Made by a program: the position numbers and the translations under genes. From Epiperipatus broadwayi (lineage: Eukaryota; Animalia; Onychophora): DNA of 64,000 nucleotides. The stretch's first letter is position 1. Each line of letters starts with the position of its first letter. Where the stretch lies: positions 25,606,001 through 25,670,000 of the forward strand of contig JAQFVV010000004.1 of the NCBI GenBank assembly GCA_028023455.1, given 5' to 3'. Shown in pieces: positions 38,150 through 52,752 of the stretch. The notes beneath the pieces were generated by a model, which worked only from the letters and a program-made list of their open reading frames with translations, ran no database searches and had not been told where the DNA came from.

Positions 38150-39130
38150 GAAAGACAGTTTTGAATGTTGAGTAACACAAAAACTTTCATGTATGCTATT
38201 GCTGAATTTTCTAAGTTAATATTTGAGATATTTTGGCTATTTTTTTGTATAGAATTGAGACTGGATGTCCCATTGATATTACATAATGGCCATTGTGAAA
38301 TGCATGTTTTCTAAATTTGATGGCAGGACCATCATTCTGAATGTGATTTGTTGAATCAATTTTTGTAATATTATATCTCTTCATGAAAATAGACTTTATA
38401 AAAAGTATTTTATGATGAACTTGAGCCTGTTTTTTTTTTTTATGAGGAGTCATATTACTTATATTATAAAGATAACCCAAATACCATTTAAAGAGATACA
38501 ATGTTGATGGCTTTCATTGGGAGAATATAACTGATAATATAAAAAAGATATTAAAGTCTTCCCAAAAAAGGTCATTATTAAAGAGGCAGCATGTAATATA
38601 TGTGCCAAAAAGATCTGATACAACAAAATATAATATTTCAGAACAATTATTTAATGTCACTTGCAAGTAGATTGTATATGCTTATTTTGGTAAATAGCTT
38701 AAATTTAGAAAAGATTAAAAACAGTGCCAGCAGTAGGATGGTTATCACTCCTGCAAAGTCGAACATAGCACACACACCCAAACAGAGTAACAGCTTAATT
38801 TTTTTTGTCATAATCATGTGAAAAGAATTAACAAGAAAAACCTGAATAAAGACATTTGCATGGTAACAAGCTTATTTTTAATTTTTTTTGCCTGGTGATT
38901 TTTAAAATGCTCATTGTCATTACATGTAGAAAAGCTGTCACATCAAATATAGAACTTAATTAAATATACCTCTCCCCAACCATTATCATCGTGGAAAAAA
39001 GTTAAACAGTTTCTCATTTATTCAAATCTGTTCACTGAATGATGAGTCAGAAGCATTTTAGTATGAACAATTATCTAGATGGGCCACTAAAGTATTTTAT
39101 ATAGCCTGCAAACAGGCCAAAAAAAATCAA
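38150..39130 (-). mobile_element. Possible very decayed Copia-like integrase region
   Basis: Scattered minus-strand motifs in the expected order: DNG(w)GE(v)Y-like near 38980, ACYHAN near 38865, LFGCVCYV near 38770; multiple frames and stops. Confidence 0.25.
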
Positions 39131-39262
39131 ATTACACATTTTTTTCTTGACCATGATCAAACAATAAAAAATTAAATTAAATAACAGCTGTGTATTTATT
39201 ATATAGATATTTATTAAAATTTTCTGGATTTTATATTTACAAAAATTACAATATTAACCATG

Positions 39263-39613
39263 TAAACAAGACATTTATTTTATATAGTGCAATGTTTTTA
39301 TAAACTGTAATACCAATAAGCCAATAAGCTAATGCACATGCACTTTCTAGTTGTCACTATATAAATGAAAACTCCCACTTTTTTAAACACAACAAGATAA
39401 AGTAAATAAGTAATTTAAAGTGACCAATTAACAACTTCACGCTCTCATTTTCAAACACTTAAGATTTACCCATACATATACGTTTGGGTCAAAAAGATAA
39501 ATGGATTCATTCTATCTTTTTCCAAAGACTTTATCTTGTGTTTGAAAAAGTGGGAGTATTCATTTATATAGTGACAACTAGAAAGTACATGTGCATTAGC
39601 TTATTGGCTTATT
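39263..39613. mobile_element. Unclassified fold-back element, copy 2 (same family as 14020-14301)
   Basis: Same arms, spacer and inner hairpin, with ~65 bp extra; flanked by aatattaaccatgt (39249-39262) and aatattaactatat (39614-39627). Confidence 0.8.
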
Positions 39614-39699
39614 AATATTAACTATATAAATATTTGGACATTCAACACAGAAAAGGTAGACATATGTCTATAAATTTTAACTTTTATTTATGCTTAGCA

Positions 39700-41660
39700 T
39701 TCTGTTGATATATAATCATGAGAAAATATTATTTTTGATTGATATTATTGCTAAACTATCTGATTGTAATATATTTTTTGCAAGAACGTTTTAATTAATT
39801 TAAGTTTTGAGAATGATAATTCATCAGTTGCTAATCTCACTGGCATACTTAATAATATTCTTAAAGCAATTTTAAATTTGGAAATGGTAAATTATTCATT
39901 TTAATAAAATTTAAAATATCTAGAGACTTTTCTATTTTTTCCACTTAAATAATATATCTTAATATGTTCCTATTTCACTGTAAAAGTTTTAATTCATTGC
40001 ATTTTTTCTTAAACCCTCAATATCAGACAGTTTATATAAAAACTAAAATTATTAACATCAGAATATTTATTTAATGATGTCTAGGCAGTATCCAAAGTGT
40101 ACAAATTGCATTTACTCTGAATTTATCTTCTGGTGTTTGTGGGGTCTCCTTATGACATTCATATTGAAACTGGTGTATTTTCTTGCATTGACAAACTTGT
40201 ACTGAAGATTTAAATTCTGTTTTTTCATATACAGCATCATTTATTTGTTTTGCAGTGTCAAGGAGTTTTTTATAATTCAAATTTGATTGATATTCTAGTA
40301 TGAATGTATTTAAATTTTGAATTGCTTCTAAAACTAGTGTTATATTCATAATTTTATTCTGAAGGACTTTGCTCATTGGATTTATTCGATTAAGCAAATC
40401 ATGCCAAATTATTAAAGAACAAATAAAATTAAAGTCATTAATTTTTGTACATAATGTATGAGCTTTGTGTTGAATTTTATTACTGAATTTGTCACTATTT
40501 AAAATTTCAAAAAGCACATCATACATTTCTCTGAGTTGAAATCATAGTGAATGAATTGCTTTAATTTTGCCTTTCCATTGGGTTTCTGGTGGTTGTTTTA
40601 GTGTTAAATTTGAAATGAATTGCAATAGAATTCTCCAATATTGCAATGAAAATGAAAAAAATTATATAATGCTTGAATTATTGCAAAAAAGCTAACTGTA
40701 ATTACATTAACTTTTGCATTATTGCTTATCATTAAATTAAGTGCAGCATAACTTACAAAAAAGTACTAGGATGTTTTGTTATAAATAAATTTTTGAATCC
40801 ATTTTTGTTATCCCTTATGTTTTCCCTATTATCATATCCTTGGCCATGCATGTCATCAATAGATATATCCCATTCTTTCGGTTTTGTAGCTATAATTTCA
40901 AGCAAGCAATAACAAAGTAAATCATCAATATTTATTAAACCTAAGAAATGTTCTCTAATATCAACTGTTTTATTTATGCAAGAAATAAGTCTTACAATAA
41001 AAAATCATTTCTTCTATTTTGCTTTGATTAGAATGTAATCTAATATTATAGAATACTATTTAGATTCTCAAACAAATTTTAAAATTAGATTTCTTATTGT
41101 ATTATTCAACATTTCTATTAATTCATTTTGACTGACTTTATTTAAATAATGCATACTTTTTGTTTACCATAAAGCTGTTTTAACATGACTTTCCATAATA
41201 GGATAAAATTTGGCTAAAAACTCTACTAATTTTAAGAAGTTTCCATTATTTCTGTGTTATAATCAATATAATGATGCTCAAAATTTGACCAATACTATCA
41301 TACATAATTTGTGTTTGATGATTGATTGTATTCTTATTTTGTTTATTTCTTCGAATTCTTTCCATTTCAAAAAATTATTCATAAGAGATAAACTAGTTTC
41401 ATATCTGTGCAAAGTTTTATATCAATTTCCTCATTCTTTATAACCTTCTATAAAATTTCTAGATTCAACATGTGCAAAAATCTTACATCAAAAGCAGACA
41501 ACAGAATTAAAAGAATTTGAATAAATTAACTATGCTTTTGTTACAGGCTCCCCATTTTCATTTTACTTTGATAGTATACATTACTAAATTTACTTCTCTT
41601 TATATTCTTTGGAAATAATAATTTGTGGTTTTGAAAAGGACCCATTTGAACTAATACTAT
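39700..41660 (-). pseudogene. Degraded hAT-superfamily DNA transposase (ZMYM1/TTF-type)
   Basis: Motifs in order: GPFQ..FPK, ENGEPV, VCF*CKIF, HRYETS..NFLKWKE, IREHFLG, MHGQGYDN, TLKQPPETQW, ORF 40071-40526 (FICSLIIWHDLLNRINPMSKVLQ), and FPNL/IALRILLSMPV...SFSKLKLIK dimerisation motif. Confidence 0.92.
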
Positions 41661-44600
41661 CTGTAGTCTGATATCAATTTTTGACCATTTTTTAATGTTT
41701 TCTATGTCATCTAAATAGATTGAAACTATTTGGGCTCTTCTCTGTATAAATCTTGTGTTTGTTATATTTGTTCATTAGACTCATATTGATCTCTAATGAA
41801 TGATTTTGATCAGAATCAAAAGAAGTTTTAGCTTTTTGATAAAATTCCTGGCATGTTTTTTTAACAAGTGCTTCTTTTGCAGATTTACATTTGTGATTTT
41901 ATAAACCTGATGCTTTTTTTGCATTTTGCATGTTTTATAATTAGAACTAAAAATTATTTAATTATTATTATAAATTAATGAAAACTATCTAATTAATGAA
42001 TTTAATATATTAAAATTCTATCAGTTACAACAAAACTTTTAGCACTATTTATTTGCAACTAAAATGAAATTTTCAATTTTTATTTAATGCATAATAAAAT
42101 AGTTTACAAATTACCTTTTTTCTATTTTAATTATCTTTTTTACATTTTAATTAATTATTATAAAAATGTAGAATATTTTATCCTTCTTGATGAATGCTCA
42201 GGTTTGTATATTACTATAAATTATGTGGCTAGGACACACAAATATGGCAAGTATAAATCTGTCATCACTGTAATAAAACCTATTGTTTCCTGATTCACTC
42301 AACTTATTAATGTTATCTATACTAATGTCTCTGTCTAAAGCTCAACAATTGCTGAATGTAGCTACTTTTTACACCTAGATTTGCTTACTTGTTGAGTAGA
42401 TGTCTGTAAAATCACAGTCAATAATTTCTATATGTTATATAATGAGCAGAAAAGCTTGTTAATAGCTATTCCTATTCATTATATAACATTTATAGTACAA
42501 ACTTATTAAATTAAATCACTTGATGTATGACTTGATTTTCTGGCAATTTCTATATGTACTGATCTATATAAATGAAGCTTTGTCCAACCTGGTACTACCT
42601 TTTTAGAGGTCTCCACCTGCAGTGCAGGCCCACTTATACCAGCTTTGGATAGAAGGATAAAAGATAATTGAAATACTGATAATTGTTAAAATATGTAAAA
42701 CAATACTGGAAATTAATATTTGTTTTATTTATCTTGGAAGAAAACATTTAATAGAAAAAAATTGTGTTATCTTTCTTGTGTGTTTACATTTATCTGAAAA
42801 TAGTATTAGGTTTAAAGGTCTTCTTGTTGAAAAAATAAATATAAAAAGAAGTGCAAATCAAAAACTATTTCTCTTTTTTTTTTTGGATTATAACATAAAG
42901 AAATGTAAAGTAAATATGTTGTCCATAAGCCTATCTGTTTGATATAATTAAGTGTCATTTTTCTAATAACAAAATTAGCATTGGAAATAGAAAGCCTTTT
43001 CACAAATATTCTTAAATCTTGTTGACATTCAAAATGCTTTCAATAACTCTTTCATTATATTAATTTTTTGACTACTTTATTTAATTTATTGGCATATTGT
43101 GTAGAATTACTTAAAAAGTGCTAAACCACTAATTGCTTTTAAAAAGATTTTACATTCTTAGATTTATGCTTTTTGAAATCTTGAGACCAGAAAAAGTTTA
43201 TGATTACTGTTACATTGCATGTGCCTGAAGTTCTGACAAATGTTCAAAAATTACAAACTCATCATGAGTTTAAGTGTATTAGGTCTTCCTTAGAATAATT
43301 AAAATTGAAATAAATATTCAATCAAAGTAGATGCTGTTTATAATTTTTATAAATTTTCCATGAACTTTTATAATGAAATATTACAGTTGATAACTGAATA
43401 TTTCTACAATCAGTAGTTTCATCAAGTGATATTACAATAAAAAAGATTTTTTTTATTTTGTTATGAATACAATTAAGAAAAACATAAATCATTTTGTCAT
43501 TAATTTAAAGATCGTGAAACATATTTACAGAATCGAATGATATGACAATAACTCATCCTAATTATTTAACAAAGGAATATCAATATAGTTGCATCTATTG
43601 CAAGAATTAATCATCTTCTTCATGACTATAAAATAATAATTTCTCAAATCTTAAATTGACACATTAACATAATTAAAAACTCCAACATTTTTCTTTTTTC
43701 TTTTTCAATTATGAATCAAAATATTTAAAGCTGTTTGCTTATCTATAGTGCAGCCAATGTAAAAGAAGTAAATGTTTGAAATAAAATCATCACTTTTAAA
43801 TAACTTAACATTATTACATGTCTTTTTTAAGCTTTAAACAAATTATTTAAATCCCAAAAAACCAAATAAATTTCTGTACATTTTTTTTTTATTATCAAAA
43901 AAGCTTGGCATACAAAAAATTTTTCTTCTTTAGTAAAATCCTGTCAACCAGGAAATTGTGTCATAATAGCTAGACCAAACTATTAAATATAAATTTTTGT
44001 CATTTCTGATTTTGGTCTTTCTGTCCTTATTGAATTTGTATTAATAGAACTCAAATATCCAAATGATCTTGGCAATAAGAAATCAATTATGCAATATTTA
44101 TTGATAGATGTTTTTATTTTGAAATTACCATGGCTCTAATATATATTATAAGATATATACAGTAGAAAGTAAAAAGAGATCAAAATGCTATTGTTATCTT
44201 ATCCCTTAAAATACTGATATTGTTATTCCTAATGGAAGTTTATAAAAAATGTCAATCTTTTATCTCTGTACAAAAGCATTGTTTTATACTAAAACTTAAT
44301 AAACTGGACTTGATTTCTTTTAAAGTTAATTTTACAAATGAAATATATTTTTAAAAATGGTATTTGAATTTTACAAATATTAAAAAAATGAATTTTAAAT
44401 GGAAAAACAAAAGATGTAATTGCATCATACACTGATATGAAAATAAACTCTCTCAGAAAATAAAGGAACTCATTTTGATTTTGTTTTTCCTTTAAATGTG
44501 AACAAACTAATGTGTATTTATAATAAATCTATCAAATTCTCTTTAAAATATGATATTTGCTTTATAATTTTTATAATATGAAAAGATTTTAATATCACAT

Positions 44601-47600
44601 TAATTTTGACATGTAATGCCATTATAGATATCATGATTTTCTTCATTTACATTGTGGGAAAATTTATTAACTTTTATTTCTAAAGATAAAAAAATAAATG
44701 AATAAAATGAAAGTATACATGTATATTTATTTTGTTTTAAATAATTATAAACCAATTAACATGTAAAAATAATGTCAAATATTTTATAAACAAGCAAAAA
44801 ATCACACTTTTATCTTAAAAACTTTGCATGAAAACTAGAACAGAAGTAAGTAAAAGCCTTCTACATATTTTTTTTTGTCTCAACCAATAAAGACTGGATC
44901 TTGGCTGACAAATCATAGACCTTAATCAACTGTCCATAAGATACTGACTCTTCAGAGTTTTTTAAACTAAAAAATCAATGAAAGCATTATAATAATACCT
45001 ATGCTAATACCATTTAGAATAAAACAGTGATCTAAAGAAATGAACCTATCATACTTTTTTTGAGGCAAACATCAAACAATTCTCAGTGAATATGAGAGTT
45101 ATAAAGTTAATAAAATATATCTTTATAAAATGGTATTAACAATACCTGAATAATAATAGAAAATTTATTGTAGTATACAATTTATTCAGGCATAGGACAA
45201 AATACTATATAAGCTGTTATGATTATCACACTACAGCTTGGCATATTTATACTTTATTATTTTGTAAATTTAACTTAAAAAATGTTAGTAGTGAAATAAA
45301 AATACTATAGGTTATTACCAATATTTGTGAACCTTCATGCAAGACTGAACACTGTATAAATTTGATTCAAAAATTATTTCCATTAATGCTTATACATATG
45401 CCAAAAACATAATTGTATGACCAAAGCAAAGCATTCTGGATGCCATCGTTATTAATATTCAATAAAAACAAATGAACGTTTGAATTTGCATTTTTTCTGA
45501 AAATAAATTAAGAAACCTTATAAAATATTATAAATATGAAAATTTTTTTTTTTTAAATATATAATTATTTTGGAAAAGACAAGATTTCCAGTGTATTCAC
45601 TGATATGTGTGTATGCAATTAATATTTAGGAACATTCAGAGACTATTGTATATTTTCTATGCAATAGAAGAATTTTATTTTATATTCATAATTCATAAAT
45701 AACAATTATGTACATATTGTTTAAAAATTATACAATAGTCTTAATATGTTTATAAATATTATATAACCAATGAAAGGTAATAATCAATACAATATAGCAA
45801 TAACAATCAAGGGATAGCCAGCCGCAATGCACAAACAGGACTCTCAACAGGAATCTTTCACTGACTAAACAGTCAGTACATTGGGCAAGCCAATTTATAA
45901 CTTAAGAGAATAAATTACTAGATATAATACCAAAATGAATGATCCGATCAATCAAAAGTTAACAACGATAATCGATCATGGACAATATCTAAAAATAATA
46001 ACATTATTGCCAAATAATAATATTATAGGCTAAGCACAGAGGCATTATTAATGCCATGATAATAAAAAATAACAAGAAAAAAAATAACAAGAATAACTAA
46101 GCATTATTAAAGCAAAATGCAACATTTAGTAAAATTTAAGAGGAGGAGACTTCTCATACTAGATCTTATAAATTATTATAGATCTTATTATCAAAAGCAT
46201 ACATCATTAAAAGATTAGATTATACTTAAAACTCCATCTACAACACTTCTTCCAATGATGGAACATCTAACAACTATGGCAAGTATTCTATCAACATGAC
46301 CAGATTCACAACCAAATTCTTTTCATAACATAAAAGCATATTTTATTTTGTTTACCATAGTGAAGTTTTTTTAAAGAGAATTTTCCTTTGAAATAAAATT
46401 ATTTATTTAATAGTCTTCTATAAATTAATATCTCAGGGTTCTGTTAAACAACAATTTAATTAATGTAAGCTTTATTCTTTTCTTTAAATTTAAGATTATT
46501 AGACAAAGAATGGGACTCTAATAATTTTATAGTGAGATATACACTTACCCTAAAGATAATATCTCCTCAAGATTACAATAATAATAATAATAATTTTAAT
46601 TATTAAAAATAAACATAATACACTCTTAATTTGGAATAAATTAATTTACTAGGAAAACGTTCAGATATAATAAGTGAATAAGGAATTTTATGGTCACTCA
46701 AGATACCATTAATTCATTTTATACTACTTTTGAATTTAACTTAAGAAAATTCATCTTTAAATTTATAATGAATAATCAAAACAGTTTTTTTAAATGGAAT
46801 AAAATGGTTTCAATACAAAATCAGTGATCTTTTAACACATAAAATTGATTATAGTGATTCTTTAATAATGAGCAAATGAAATAATCAATTTCGTAGATGC
46901 TTTCTTTACATCTGAAATGCAATTTTCATAAAGTAACTCTTATGTCAGATAAGATATGTTCACACACTCTCAACATATCCAATTAAGAATAAATTTATAA
47001 TAAACTGCTTCCAGTCTACTGCTTCCAATAATAATAACATCATTAAAAAATGGAATGGCATTTAAAATAATTTATATTTCCATAAATAAATGTTATTCTT
47101 TTTAAATCCATGTTTATAATTTATAGCAATATATATTATAATAATTTAAAAAGTCATTCATTCTTAATTTATTAAAATATACATTTTAATAATTCAAAGA
47201 AATATAACTTAGATTAAATTAATTATTTCCATATCAGCTCATAATTAAATTCAATATAAATCTTTATAAATTCTTGGTATTATAAAACAGATTCTACAAT
47301 CTAGAATTCAATAGTCTACCATTTCAAAATAAAAAACCCTGAAAAAACATCCTTTCAAAGTAAGAACTTTTAAATAAAATATGTTCTTAAATAAAAACTT
47401 CTTACTAATATTTAAATAGTTCAAAGTTTTTTTAGCAGACTTAATATTCCTGCAGGTAATAAATTTAACTTGTGAAAATATCTATTTCTAATATAGAACC
47501 AATAAAAGTTATTATGCATCAACGTTGACTAATGCAGAAATTCCTGAAATTACATAGGTCACATAAGAATAATTTAATTAGTAATAAATATTTTGCTGAT

Positions 47601-47797
47601 TTCTTCATTATATTTCCCTGCAATGTAGATTTCAAACATTAGTAGTTTCAATATAAATCTTCTGAGGCTGGATGAATTAAATTAGCAACTCATATTTTAC
47701 TTTTAAAAATAAACAAAAACTTATTATAAGCAATTAAAACTTAATAAAATTTTAACAATGAAAGTAAACAAGGAAGTTACTAAAAATTAATTACACA

Positions 47798-47816
47798 AGA
47801 GAGAGAGAGAGAGAGA
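47798..47816. repeat. (AG)n microsatellite
   Basis: About nine AG units. Confidence 0.9.
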
Positions 47817-50800
47817 ATTAAACCTATGTATTATGTAATGTTTCTGATTTGTAATAAATAAAACTGACATCTAGTCTACTAACCTTTGACCTGTAGTTAT
47901 TAGACTTGTATTCTGGGAATATTACTAAAAATAACCTAATTTAAATATCTTGTCTAGACTTTTATTATTACAACTTTAAAATATATTATTTAGAAAAACA
48001 AAGAATGTACTGTAATAAAAATAAGACAAAATATTACATAATAAATTATATTATTTTAAATATATTGCTTTACACTATTCTGTTAAACATATTTACATTA
48101 CTTGATTTATGCTATCAGAACATTTTTTTAAGTAAAATTTTTAATATAAATTTTTTTTAATAATATTTAATATTAAACCAACAATGACATCACTTCACTT
48201 GCATAGCCATACACCAATGCATTCTTTTACTTGAAAAATAAATAGCTCAAATAATAAATTAATTGTTTATCTTTTTCAATTATCTACTTTAAAAATTATT
48301 TAATTAAATTAATTTTTATTACAATTATATTTAAATAAATAATAATTATTATTAACAAGTTATTTAAATAAAATATACTTTTATTAACAAATAATTTAAG
48401 TATTAATAGTTTAGCATTAAAGATTTAAACTTATCATTAGATTTTAATTCCAATATTGGCTTTCAATACACTAATAATTAATATTAGGGTAGATTTTAGC
48501 TCTTTACATTTTAAAAATTAAATCAATAACCCTTCAGGGCAATGCTACCCTCAAAACTATGCATTTTAAAATAATACACAATTACTTATGAATTTTAAAA
48601 CACTACACAGATTATTAAAATGACTTTTAAAAGTATTGAAAATTTATAATAGTTATTATAACTTGGCTCCAAAAATACACCAACATGTAATTATTAAGCA
48701 TAAGACAGTTGACTTATTACAAAATTTAAACTATGGATTTTTTTTTTCTTTTTTTAAATATTGAACAACTATATCAATGAACATTTCTCTCTATGGTTAA
48801 AGCTAAAGGTCATAATTAATTACATATATATATAGTAGAAATTTTTTAGTTATATGTACATATTTAAGAAAATTGAATTGGTATTTGATAGCTGCAATTT
48901 TTTTTTAAGTTTAAACAGAATTATTCCTACTTCAGAGGATATTTTTTTAAAAAAGCCAGGTAATTAAATTTAATTTTACTTGTGATATCTTAATGTTAAA
49001 AAAAAAAGTTGTCTATATTATTTTTAATTTCTATATGTATACTATTTTTTTTTGACAAAATTAATTCATTTTTAAAATAACATAATCTTATAAAAATATC
49101 TGTCTATATGCCAGCACATACTAATAAACAATTAGCTTTAAAAGCAGTTGCAGGAGACATTACAATTCAAAAATGTAGTAAGGATATTTTCAATTATTTA
49201 TTTAAATTTTTATTTTCATTTAACCGATATTATGTTACATTTTTCCAACAAATTAAGAAGGGATAAAACTGTCTTAATGCCATTCCAACAGCATATTATA
49301 GTAAAGTTTACTTTTATGCATCCACCATCAAGTTAATATTTAGTGTGATTTAAAAATTAACCTAACCTAATGAAGATGCACTGTAAAGAATTAACTTGAC
49401 CATCAGCTTTAGAAATCTTGAAAATGAGATTATGTGAACCAAGAAAGCCGATTACAGATCAGGAGATCATTGAAATGACATTACTGCATTTCACAGTTCA
49501 ACAGAGACTGTGTTTATAAAAGAGAACAAACCATCTCCTGTAATTTAAGAAGCTTAATTGCAATTCTTTCCTTTCATCTCTTCTTCTGTAACAAAAATAA
49601 TTATCTCAAAACTTTTGCAATTTAGTAAAGAAAATGAAACATTTCACTATTTAAAAAATTAGAAAAAAAAAAATGTATAAAATAAGCACATACACACATA
49701 TATATATATATTCAAGTTTTATCAAATATTTATTAATACTTATTAAATATATTAGTGGAAATTTTCAGAAATAAAATTAGACAGTCGAAAATAAACAAAA
49801 AAAAATTCTCTACTTTGATAGCTAAAATTGAAAAAAACAACACCTTAGGAAACAAACCTATTTTGTTCAAAGAATAAAAATTGCACAAGTAAAAGTTGGT
49901 CATTAATGTTTATTGCTTTTTGTCTGTTCAAGAGCAGTTTCCATAAGTAATTCCGATGATGTTTTCAAATATGCCTCTTTTTTTTTTTAGTAATTCTTTT
50001 CATCTTAAGACTTCAATGAGGTTTTGTTTTTTAAAATTTGTCCATCTTTTTTAAGTTTCCTCAATAACAAAACCTCCCATTTCCTGTGATGTAATTGAAA
50101 CATATATATCTAGGAGAGATTAGAATATTTATTTTATGTTATTATACTAGTTAGAAATATTCAAATATATTATAATTAACATTTACCATTGCAAAGACAA
50201 TTCTTCTGTCTGGACTCAAGGAATAGATCATAAATATATTTTAACTTATTTATCAACAATTGGAAATAATATGCATACAATAGAGGTAGTTAGCTTAATT
50301 GCTTTCTAGACAAGTCAAAAATCTATATGTTGAATAATGATTTATTACGTTAAAATAATGCTTCAATGCATAAATAATTCTACAATTTTCTCATTCTCTA
50401 GATAAGAGTTAATGCAATAGATATAGATTAAACTCTAATGTACTGAATGTAGACAGTTATTGGAAAATATCTTCCATCATAAAATTTACCATACAATTAC
50501 CAGATAACATTTATAGGCTGCTTCACTCAAAAAAAATAATAAATATAACTTTCTGTAACTTCTAGATTATCAACATATTTATCTCATTCATGACAATTTA
50601 ATTTTACTTCACATTTGTTATTTTTGGCTAATAATACTTGTGATATGATGGTCCTTTTTTGTGACAGAAATACATACCAATGTAGGATTAGTGTGTATTA
50701 GCTTTATTTATCTAATTATTTACTTAATTGATTGTATGATTTGTTATTTTCAATCCTCTTTGCTGGAAGTGGAAATTTTATTGCAAGTAATTTATTTACA

Positions 50801-51305
50801 TTGTGCTTTTCCATTTTCAGAGGATGATAAATGAATTCAACAGTGTAAACTTGTGTTATTAATTCCAAATAATCCATGTGTTTCCCCTATATACATATAT
50901 AGTTCAACATTTATAATAAAGGTAAAAATGTTATATGTATAGGCCATTAAAATGTGGCTTTAATTATCCATGCCTCTTATAAATGTTTAATATTACAAAT
51001 ATAGTCCTTTATTATGTGAAAACACATATTTACTGTTTGCAAATAAATGATATGTAATAAGTTAATTATATATGTGCATATTATTACAACGTTAATGTAG
51101 AGAAAAACTATTTTATTTTTAGCATAATTTAGCAGGCTGGCAGTTAGTCCATGTCGAAACACATTTTTTTTCTTTAAAAAATATGGATGATTTATTATTA
51201 TGTTTTGATAACCGTAAGTGATGTTCAAAGCACACTATTCTTTAAATTTGGCAGTATAGATTGGTACTGTACTTCTATTAATATTATAATGACCTCAGCA
51301 TGTTT

Positions 51306-51439
51306 ACACTAAATACATATATATAAACTATAAATATCTTAATAAAATTTAAAAGAACAACAAAAGTATTGACACTAAATACATATATATAAACTATAAA
51401 TATCTTAATAAAATTTAAAAGAACAACAAAAGTATTGAC
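51306..51439. repeat. Perfect 66-bp tandem duplication
   Basis: acactaaatacat...caaaagtattg at 51306 and 51372, identical. Confidence 0.95.
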
Positions 51440-52752
51440 TTGAAGAATAATTTTGAATTCAGTTATAGTCTGATATGATAAAAAAAATTGCAATATATAT
51501 AATGTAAATAACGTAGTAATTTAAATTTACCTTTTTTTGATTTGACATTTTGGACAATAGGGCATTTCATTAGTTAAAATAAAATATAAAGAAAGTCCAA
51601 TACATTTGTAAATGCCCATTTATTTTTTTAATGGATTTTTCGATAGTTTGGCTTTTCTTTCAAATATTCTCTCAATAAATTCAGTTATTAATATGAGAGT
51701 TGCTAAACCAACCTCATATTCTTTTCAAATAAACTGTGAAAAATAGTTAAGATTTATGTTATTCTTTTGTTAAAAATTTCAGCAGATAGATCCATTGGTA
51801 AAAAAAAAAAAAAAAAAACTTCAACCATAGAGAAAACTAATTTGAAACACTTTTTATATATATTAAAAGTAAAATTCCTTTAATTATTAACGAAAAAGTT
51901 AATGACTTGTAATTTATATTTTAACAATATATATAAAAACTTCTTAAAATTTACTACAGACATTTATGTAATTAGCTATTTTTCAAAAATAAATATTTTA
52001 GAAAATGTTTAATTTAAAATAAATAAATAAATTTTAAATTGAAATTAATGATTTTATTTTTTTATTTTTTTTAAAAAGAAATATTCACTTAAAGACTATT
52101 ATATATATTTTTTATAATATCTGTTAGGTTGAAAATGAATAGGCAGAATATGTATAATTAAAAAAGACAATAAATACCCAGTACATTTTGTTGCATTCCA
52201 GACAATTGTTTTGTTCTCTGTTATATTGTTTTTCATAATACTAATAATGGTAGGGTATCCTTCATATATATACATTGTAACCTATGAAAGAAGGAAATCT
52301 ATGAGCAAGCAATGCAAATTGTTGGGACCAAATTATAACCTATAATGAACAAAATGAAAAGACATATGTGTAGGCCAAAACTTTGCTCAATAATAGCTAA
52401 GCTCAATGGGTTTATAAAACAAATACCATATGCTACAATAAGATATACAGGAGAAGCACTTATAATAAAATATTATGAAAATATGAAGCAACATTATTTC
52501 TAAATCAAGAGGAGGAGAAATCTCAATTCACTCTACTTTAGGAGACTTTAATATGTCATATCACTTTTGTGCATCCAAATGATCATCTTGCCATTCTCCT
52601 AGTAAGTGAGAATGGATTTCATTCTCTAGATTCTATTTCAATCCACAATAATATTTTTTTTTTACTAGTGATATTTTTTAATTTATTATGCTTCATTAAT
52701 TTATCAGTCAAACACTTGACTTTTCTCTGACCAATCAACTCTTATGATACTA

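Noticed and set aside
45900-46330. GGDF-like word as an APE endonuclease relic (similar LGDFN near 52540)
   Set aside because: Isolated motifs without supporting neighbours.
49358-49372. (TTAGG)2 telomere-like repeat on the minus strand
   Set aside because: Two units are expected by chance.
51284-51493. ORF with an internal peptide repeat, and most other short ORFs in the track
   Set aside because: The repeat is produced by the 66-bp duplication; the remaining short ORFs are low-complexity or antisense shadows of TE relics.
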